27,123 nt of DNA. Source: Candidatus Heimdallarchaeota archaeon. Lineage in GTDB: Archaea; Asgardarchaeota; Heimdallarchaeia; Heimdallarchaeales; Heimdallarchaeaceae. The notes under the pieces were generated by a model, which made no database searches, was not told where the DNA came from, and saw only the letters and a list, made by a program, of their open reading frames with translations. Shown piece by piece: positions 20,346-27,123 of the stretch. The position numbers and the translations under genes were made by a program. Position 1 is the first letter of the stretch. Every line of letters starts with the position of its first letter. The stretch is from the NCBI GenBank assembly GCA_018238545.1, contig JABCTC010000044.1, forward strand, positions 1 through 27,123. The letters are read 5' to 3'.

Positions 20346-20434
20346 GTTGAGGTCATCAGATAGTTTTATAAGGGATTCTTTTTGTCGAAGAAAAAATGCG
20401 ACTTGGTTTTGTTAGTGAAGTGAAAGAAGGAGAT
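20346..20434 (+). repeat. 89-bp direct repeat, copy 2
   Basis: Begins at the first base after the stop codon of 19113..20345. Confidence 0.95.
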
Positions 20435-20603
20435 TTGATGCGGAATTGGAATAAATCAGGAATAGAGAAAGAAGTAAGTCGAGAAAAAATGGCAACTGAA
20501 ATTATCAGCATTAAATGATGAAACAAATTATTTTTTGTATTTTTGCAAAAAAAGTGAAAGCAATTTTGTAAGGTATATATAAAAATTCAGACATATATGA
20601 GAA

Positions 20604-20924
20604 ATGAAGAGTATAATAATAGATGAAGATGAAAAATTAATAGTACAAGGAGAAAAAATATTCATCCAAACAAAGCACAAAATTATAGAAAGAAAACTTT
20701 CAGAGGTCAGGGATATACACTGGAAAGGGAGAGGGCAAATTGATACGAAAACAATCTATTCTTTATTGCGAAGAGGGATAATAATCTACTTTCATGAATC
20801 TTATGGGAAGTTTATTGGTTCAGCTCTTCCTTTGCCATATTTTAGTTATTCTGGAAAGATACTCACTTTGTTAGAAGGTAAGTTGTTAAATCCATTATTA
20901 CATTTGGAAGAATACTTTCTCTGA
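20604..20924 (+). pseudogene. cas1: Cas1-like N-terminal beta-domain only (truncated cas1 or casposase)
   Basis: LIVQGEKIFI...LSEVRDIHWKGRGQIDTKTIYSLLRRGIIIYFHESYGKFIGSALP fits the Cas1 N-domain pattern; the catalytic helical domain is absent and the ORF runs into the convergent gene. Confidence 0.65.
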
Positions 20925-21816
20925 ATTTTTCAATATTTCTTATCCAGTTATTATCAGTTCCCGTACAAATCTTTTGCCATTCTTCTGGTTTGTATCTAAC
21001 TATTTCAGAAAGCATCCAAGAAAAAATGAAAGCTTCTGGTATTTTATATAATGATCGGAGATGATCTCTTTCAATCATCTCCTTAAAAGTGGGAGAATAG
21101 TTGTCAACATAATAATCTTCCAAATTGATTGCTAAATGATGATCTTTCACATAATCTCCACATCTGATTAATAATGCAGGAAAGACACCATAAGTTTCTA
21201 TTTTGGCTTGATGAATAACTTCTGATTCTATTTTTTTCACTGATCTTAAACCATGAGATTTGAAGAACTCCTTTTTATCAACATCAAGTTCAAGTAAAAT
21301 TACTCCTTTCACAATCTGTAATAAGGAATAATAATCCATTATGGGGCTTGAATTTATATCCATTGTAATTGCTGTTTTTAAGATCTCATAACCTTGAGAG
21401 AAATATAGAGAAGTATTAAATGCAAGTTTTTTTATTTCATCATCTATTCTAGGCAAATCACAAGAAATTCCAACTGTATACTTATCTTTTCTTTTTCTCT
21501 CTTCTGTCTTTACATTTCTAATTTTATTTTCTACTTCGACCATCACATTTTTAATTTCATTTTCTGTTTTAGGAATAGATATAAGAAGATTGATTGTATT
21601 TGATTTTCCTTTGTCCTTTCTTTCTCTTATCTCTTCTAATAGCTTAAGCTTCTCTGGATATCCAATAAATCTTGTATAACAATGAAAAGGAGATCTTTTA
21701 CTCTCTTTCTCATCAGGAAGAACAGTTCTAACTAAACGTTTTCGTATTATTTCTTCAACAAAATGAGGATATCTAAATGATTTAAGGTGGTTTAGAACAT
21801 TTTGGTTAAATGACAT
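20863..21816 (-). CDS. YaaC-like family protein
   Basis: YFSQGYE...SSPIMDYYSLLQIVKGVIL...HGL and MLSEIVRYKPEEW, recalled as YaaC-family motifs. Confidence 0.7.
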   Translation of the reverse strand: MSFNQNVLNHLKSFRYPHFVEEIIRKRLVRTVLPDEKESKRSPFHCYTRFIGYPEKLKLLEEIRERKDKGKSNTINLLISIPKTENEIKNVMVEVENKIRNVKTEERKRKDKYTVGISCDLPRIDDEIKKLAFNTSLYFSQGYEILKTAITMDINSSPIMDYYSLLQIVKGVILLELDVDKKEFFKSHGLRSVKKIESEVIHQAKIETYGVFPALLIRCGDYVKDHHLAINLEDYYVDNYSPTFKEMIERDHLRSLYKIPEAFIFSWMLSEIVRYKPEEWQKICTGTDNNWIRNIEKFRESILPNVIMDLTTYLLTK

Positions 21817-22354
21817 AGTTAACTAATAAAATCATTATAACTTATATCTATTTTCTTAAGAGTTCAGATTTTTTAAAGATACAGGAATTATTATATTTCT
21901 TAATCTTTAGCATTATTCAAAGAAACGGCTCATTATAAGTGACAAAGAGTGAATATTCAATGCATTAACCACGATTTAGACACTAAAGTCTTGATTTCAT
22001 CATTCAACATAGAAACAACAGACTCTCTAACTTGAAATTTATCTATGACATTCTCTATCTGACAAGATAACCAACTAATAAAATGCTCTATTTCTTTTAT
22101 TGTATACCAATCCAATGAGTTAATCTATAACCAAAAATAGTTTATTAGCAGTAGAAAAAGAAAAATGAAGAATTAGTTAAATTCTACAATTATTATTTTT
22201 TGTTCTCTTATCTTCTGAAAACCAACCTTTTTAGCAGTTTTCTTTTATCCGAACTAATAAGTTAATCTCTTATTTTGGTGTCGGTTGAGTAGTTTTTCCA
22301 AAATAGTAAACCTTTCATCATTTATAAATATATCAAAATCAAATAATCCTTTCT

Positions 22355-22915
22355 TTATGCTTGGGCTTTCTGTTCTTCTCTTCTCAATCTTCTTATCGAC
22401 CTGTTTATTTCTCTTCTTTCTTCATACACTGATGTTTTTTCCAGTGTTTTTTCTAATACTTCTATTGAGAGAGGATGATACACCTTCCCTAGTATTTCTA
22501 TCGCATGTTGTTTCAAGAACATATAGCATTCCGTTTCATTCTCTAATACTTCTTGCATTTTTTTTGCTGTATATTCTCCTCCCCATAGTTCCAATACTGT
22601 TACTGCTTCCCCACATCTATCCTGATCTTCATCCCCTTTTAGTGCATATTCTACTAGTAATGTCTCTCCTTTCATCCCTCCTATTTGTCCTAATGCGAGC
22701 ATTGCTGGATATCGCATAGACCCTCTCATTTCATCTTCGTGCGGTTCTAGCTCTATTATCTCTATTATTGTATCTATCGCCTTCTTTTCTTTCTTCTTTG
22801 CTAATTTGTCCATTGTATGTACTGCCATCATATCCATCTCCCACGCTACAGGTAGGAAATCAAATCCCCATGATGCTAACTTACCTATTGCTTGATCTAT
22901 TATCTCTATCATCAT
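22355..22915 (-). CDS. HEAT (PBS-lyase-like) repeat protein
   Basis: RYPAMLALGQIG, HAIEILGKV...IEVLEKTL repeats. Confidence 0.75.
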   Translation of the reverse strand: MMIEIIDQAIGKLASWGFDFLPVAWEMDMMAVHTMDKLAKKKEKKAIDTIIEIIELEPHEDEMRGSMRYPAMLALGQIGGMKGETLLVEYALKGDEDQDRCGEAVTVLELWGGEYTAKKMQEVLENETECYMFLKQHAIEILGKVYHPLSIEVLEKTLEKTSVYEERREINRSIRRLRREEQKAQA

Positions 22916-23173
22916 TTATTCTTTTACTTCACTGTTGTAGTGTAGATACTTATCCAACCTCTCCAATCTTGGTAGATGTTCTATTTTAATCAGTTCTTTT
23001 TCTAGTAAATCTGTTAAAGGCTCCGCTGCTCTCTCATCTCCCAATTGTACTAATTCCTCTATTGCATGAAGTTTCCTTTTCTTATCCTTTGTTTTGAGTT
23101 GCTTGATTAATTCATTATACTTGTCTTCTTTAATTGTATTGAGCTCTTTAGTTACATCGTTTTGGTAGTTCAT
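22916..23173 (-). CDS. short HEAT-repeat protein
   Basis: LIKQLK...KLHAIEELVQLGDERAAEPLTDLL; abuts the next gene. Confidence 0.7.
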   Translation of the reverse strand: MNYQNDVTKELNTIKEDKYNELIKQLKTKDKKRKLHAIEELVQLGDERAAEPLTDLLEKELIKIEHLPRLERLDKYLHYNSEVKE

Positions 23174-23190
23174 CGTTCACATTCTCTCGT

Positions 23191-23622
23191 TTATCCTACT
23201 TCTTCTCGATATCCCTCTTGAAACACTGTTATCTTTTCTCTTGTTCTCTGGTGTTCGTAAAACAGAATTAGTTTATTGTCTATCCCTTTGATTATTCCTG
23301 CAAGTTTGAACTTACGATATTTTACCCCTTTTGATTCTTCTTCAATCTCAAAATGCTTTCTGATAATCTTTTCATTCCTTTCCGCTCTTTCTATCCTTTT
23401 TCTTATTCTAGGATTAAATGTTTCCAATAAAATATAAACTATTTCTACCATTAAGGCTAAACTGAAAATGACTGTTATCGACACTATCTGCTGATCAGAA
23501 TCTATCAATAATAGAGGAACTATCATCCCTACTATCACTAATACTCCGAAAACTATAAGTGCAATATTTTCTGACCAGGTCTCCCACTCATTTTTTATAT
23601 AATCATCATTTCTTTGCATCAT
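23191..23622 (-). CDS. 2-TM membrane protein (start reassigned to 23622)
   Basis: ATGA overlap with the upstream stop at 23619-23621; two TM helices followed by a charged tail. Confidence 0.65.
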   Translation of the reverse strand: MMQRNDDYIKNEWETWSENIALIVFGVLVIVGMIVPLLLIDSDQQIVSITVIFSLALMVEIVYILLETFNPRIRKRIERAERNEKIIRKHFEIEEESKGVKYRKFKLAGIIKGIDNKLILFYEHQRTREKITVFQEGYREEVG

Positions 23623-24226
23623 TTTACTATTCCTCGCTCTAGAATTAACCCCCAATATTCCATCTTTATCGTTCTGTTTTCTTCTATGGCGCTTTTTACT
23701 TCTTCTCGCAACTCTAATTCCACTTTTATTTTCTCTTCTAATCTCCTCAATTCCCACTTTTCTTTTATTCGGATAATTACCCCCTTACTCATGGCTTCAT
23801 ATCTTTCATTAGCTATTTCAGCTAACTCCTCACCTATTTCTTCTCCATCGATCATTTTCTTTACATATTCTTCTCTAAACAGAAGTTCTTTCACAATCTC
23901 CTCCTTCATCTCTTCTAAACTCTCTTCTGAATAATACTTGAATAAAGGATTTTTTCGCTGTTCTTGCTCCCAATAATAATCCCGTAAAACTCTTTTTTCT
24001 TCTTTTCTATTTTCTAACCATTTTTTTATCATGTCGTGTTCGAATACTAATATTGCTATCATTCCTGCTGATAATAAAACAAAATATATCATACTCTTTG
24101 TATCTTGATTATTGTCCGAAATTGGATCCAAGATAACCAATACTATTACCAATCCGATAAACACTGCACCAAAGAACGGTATTAATGCACTTCTAATCCT
24201 TTTTTCTTTTTTACTGAACAGTTCAT
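23619..24226 (-). CDS. 2-TM membrane protein with charged coiled tail; 5' end apparently frameshifted
   Basis: Body ORF is 23619..24164; the coupled ATG at 24226 is 1 nt out of frame, across GTA AAA AAG AAA AAA. Confidence 0.55.
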
Positions 24227-24531
24227 CCTACTCCTTCTGTTAATGTCTCCCCTATCGCTGTCTTTGTCATCTGAAAAAAACTCATCGTTTCTTCCTTCTT
24301 CTCCATCAGTTCTGTTCTGTTCTTCATCGATAACTCTTTCCCCCTCTCATCTACTATTATTATCTCATGCTCACACATCTTCCCCCTTTCTCTCCACTCT
24401 CTCTGTTCCTCGTAGAAGTGGTTTATGAAGAATTGTAGATCATCTACCCCTGTTATCTTATTTCGTGCTAATTCTATCTTTTCTTCTCCTTTCCCTTTTG
24501 CATAGATTATGAATATCATCTTCAAGTTCAT
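24223..24531 (-). CDS. hypothetical protein
   Basis: 102 aa; first gene of a tightly coupled minus-strand block; ends in GGAGTAGGATGA (RBS plus overlap). Confidence 0.6.
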   Translation of the reverse strand: MNLKMIFIIYAKGKGEEKIELARNKITGVDDLQFFINHFYEEQREWRERGKMCEHEIIIVDERGKELSMKNRTELMEKKEETMSFFQMTKTAIGETLTEGVG

Positions 24532-24874
24532 AGTTCTTCTGACTTCTTATCCCACAATTGCTTTATAAACTGGTAAAATGCTTTTCTACATTCTTTAAAT
24601 ACCATTTTTCCCATTATTCTTTGAAGCTAGTACAAACTTGAATTTCAATCTACATTCACTTCCGTTTTGTTGAGAGCTTTGCTAGCTTCCTCTCACCCTT
24701 TATTTCCTCAAGAACCATTCTTCTCCTTCCCCTATACTGACAGGTTCCCTTTGATAAGGAACTTCTCCGATATAACTGTAAGATACAGTCTAACAAACCA
24801 AAATATGAAAATAGTATAAGTAATAGTTTATTCAGGGGACGATAGTTATATACTTGTAACACTGTTGTGACTTC

Positions 24875-25693
24875 ATGAACATTAAACAAGAATTTTATGA
24901 AAATTACTGTTTTGTTTCAACTGTTTCTCACAATTACCTTGTTTCTGAACATTTATTAAATAAGTACAGCAAATCTTGGGGAATTGTTTCAGGTTATTAT
25001 TTACTAATACTAATCGGACGACTGTTATGTAATATTGGATCAGGGGATTATCCAAAAGAACATGGTGATTTTTACAAGTTTCTAAAAGGTGAAAGAAATT
25101 CTTTTACAGGTCAAAAAACAAAAAAGAGTTTTAAACGTGCTGTGATTCTTCAAAACTTACAAAAATACGATAAAGATATTGAACTTTGTTTCAGAAAACT
25201 AGGTAATGACTTGTCTAAACTAGTGAAAGTTAGAAACCATTCTAATTATGAGCAATTTGTTATTTCGCACCAATTTCGCCACAAAAATATCAATCCTTCA
25301 CTGCTTCCATTTATCTCCAGACTCAAAGATGTTACTTCTGAATGGTTACGTTTCACTCTTGAGTTCTTTCTTAAATATGTTAACACTCTTCCTATCGCAG
25401 ACAAATGTTTTGGTATGCTTTTGGACAGACATGCAGAATCTTCTGATAGAAAGATTGATTATGAATATTTTAATTGGGGTTTAGAGCAATTCCTTAAGAG
25501 TCATTCTAGATTTGGTGCAGATGAAGAGAAGATTCAGTATATTGTAAATTTGTGGAAAGAAGTTTTATCACCGTATACTTTTCATGCTATTCCCGTCAAA
25601 TATAGTTTCTACGATGACATCACTTATGATGAATATCAGGGAAAACAAATAACAATTGATTCTTTCATCACAAGCTTGGAAGATTTTCGTTGA
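24875..25693 (+). CDS. HEPN-domain-like protein
   Basis: SWGIVSGYY...PKEH...LVKVRNHSNY matches the MNT-associated HEPN pattern (Rx4Y variant). Confidence 0.6.
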   Translation: MNIKQEFYENYCFVSTVSHNYLVSEHLLNKYSKSWGIVSGYYLLILIGRLLCNIGSGDYPKEHGDFYKFLKGERNSFTGQKTKKSFKRAVILQNLQKYDKDIELCFRKLGNDLSKLVKVRNHSNYEQFVISHQFRHKNINPSLLPFISRLKDVTSEWLRFTLEFFLKYVNTLPIADKCFGMLLDRHAESSDRKIDYEYFNWGLEQFLKSHSRFGADEEKIQYIVNLWKEVLSPYTFHAIPVKYSFYDDITYDEYQGKQITIDSFITSLEDFR

Positions 25694-25896
25694 TGATGCT
25701 TATTCCCATCTTCAAATATTGGGGAATCCTAATCTGAGGAAACTAGATATCCAGAATCTATTAAAATAGTCTATAATAAAAATACGAAATTTTATCACTC
25801 CTACCTGCAATATTTCGTCTTATTTCAAAGATATCTTCGACTATTATCAATTGTTATCTCTAAATCATCATGTTTCATAAAAGAATTACTTCATCA

Positions 25897-26907
25897 TTAA
25901 TTATCAATTGTACCTCCATGTAGAGTTATAGTGTATCCATAGTCTCGAAGACCACCTTGCATTATTGTATTATACCTATGTGGTGCCCTTACTTCTTCGA
26001 ATTGTTTAATCAATTCACTTTTTATTCTTGTTAATTCTTCTTTTGTTATTTCGTCGGAATAAGCTTGATATGTGACAGAAAAGCTTATGCTTTCCATTTT
26101 ACGTTTCATTATTGGTTTAAAATCATTAATTGGATTTAATGATACAGAGATAGATCTTAGACTCTCTAGTTTATCTAAAACAGAAATGTCCTTCACTTGA
26201 TTTTCGCTTAAGTTAAGTCTTCTAAGATTCTTCATTCCTACTAATACATCTATATTGGTTATATTATTTCTCATTAAATCTATTTCTTCCAATTCAGTTA
26301 ATTCAGCTATTGCACTTATATCTTCGATTCCACATTCCATCATTTTTAATGTTCTTAATTTCTTCAATTTTGAAATACCTTCAAGATTGATTAGTTCTGT
26401 TCTCATAAAATCTAAGACCTCTAATTTTCCCATTTTTCTTATTAGTTTACTTAATCTACCTAATTTAGAACCCTTACATTTTATTTGGGTTAAATTCTGT
26501 AATTTTCTTATTGCTCTTGGTAACTTATCTAAATCAAAACTGGATAGATTGAGACTTGTTACTCTTCTTTCTTTATTTACAGTTACTCTGTTTAGTAACA
26601 AACGTTTAGACAGATCATATTTTTTACCTAGTTTATATAGTGGTAATCTCTCTTTTTTTTCAATATGCTTTTTTTCATCATATAGAATTTCAATAATTCT
26701 TTTTCTACGATTTGTCGAATAAAGAAAAATCCCACCAATCACGAATAATGTTAGGCTTGATATTAGACCAATTTTTAGTCCTGCTTCTTCTGCAAAAGAA
26801 AAAACAAAGAAATTGATAATTGCTTCAATTATCACCCCAATAAAAATGGTAAACCAGATATTTATTCCATATGGGTTTGGATTTGGCAATTTACTATCCA
26901 ACGACAT
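25897..26907 (-). CDS. leucine-rich repeat protein with two N-terminal TM helices
   Basis: Repeats of about 22 aa, LxxLxLxxNxIxDIxxL (e.g. LRRLNLSENQVKDISVL). Confidence 0.88.
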   Translation of the reverse strand: MSLDSKLPNPNPYGINIWFTIFIGVIIEAIINFFVFSFAEEAGLKIGLISSLTLFVIGGIFLYSTNRRKRIIEILYDEKKHIEKKERLPLYKLGKKYDLSKRLLLNRVTVNKERRVTSLNLSSFDLDKLPRAIRKLQNLTQIKCKGSKLGRLSKLIRKMGKLEVLDFMRTELINLEGISKLKKLRTLKMMECGIEDISAIAELTELEEIDLMRNNITNIDVLVGMKNLRRLNLSENQVKDISVLDKLESLRSISVSLNPINDFKPIMKRKMESISFSVTYQAYSDEITKEELTRIKSELIKQFEEVRAPHRYNTIMQGGLRDYGYTITLHGGTIDN

Positions 26908-27123
26908 ACTAGTAATCTAGTATTAATTTCTACTTTTAAATGATTGTACGTACAGAATTGGTATTTTAAGACAGGAAAATTATTACTTAAACTAGGATAG
27001 TTTGTATTATGTCTGAACTGGTTCATCTATGTCCTTACTATACTCTTTCGAACATTTGTAGAACACTATCATTCTTTCTTTAAAATACTCTTGTTGTCTC
27101 TCTATTATTTCATCTACTTCGTT

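Noticed and set aside
18902-20924. CRISPR array near the cas1-like ORF
   Set aside because: Only two 89-bp repeats 1.4 kb apart; no 25-45 bp repeat-spacer periodicity seen anywhere in the window
23623-23757. 45-aa N-terminal extension of ORF 23191..23757
   Set aside because: It overlaps the upstream gene by 139 nt; the ATGA-coupled start at 23622 is more plausible
2939-26722. Antisense or overlapping ORFs (2939, 4695, 6522, 7114, 7358, 7848, 10324, 11064, 11292, 12167, 12698, 13741, 14278, 14303, 22285, 22768, 23614, 24243, 24656, 25248, 26255)
   Set aside because: Shadow or alternative-frame ORFs overlapping better-supported genes; mostly F/S/L/I-rich and without motifs
1-27123. Intact transposase, integrase, casposon, tRNA or rRNA
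   Set aside because: No recognisable catalytic motifs, terminal inverted repeats, PolB gene or GC-rich structured RNA seen by eye

Overview
Very AT-rich, archaeal-looking accessory region. A Heimdallarchaeia/Asgard origin is inferred from AGGTG-type RBSs, TATA-like boxes, poly-T terminators and surface proteins with C-terminal TM+basic tails; it is not proven. I found no housekeeping genes, RNA genes, CRISPR array, integrase or transposase. The window is a patchwork of intact genes interleaved with many gene remnants (HEPN, S8, NYN-LOTUS, Cas1 N-terminal domain, two ...FEWW C-termini). The main structure is a coupled operon: secreted S8 protease with little or no prodomain -> membrane-anchored beta-rich protein -> nucleotidyltransferase (18417-14921). 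Its last two genes recur as diverged orphans at 918-3262. Also present are two tandem 'FEWW remnant + ICMT-family methyltransferase' units and an 89-bp direct repeat bracketing a beta-helix gene just upstream of a Cas1-like fragment. Working hypothesis (inference): a gene-capture island that accumulates partner/immunity genes of secreted effectors together with 3' scraps of the donors' upstream genes.
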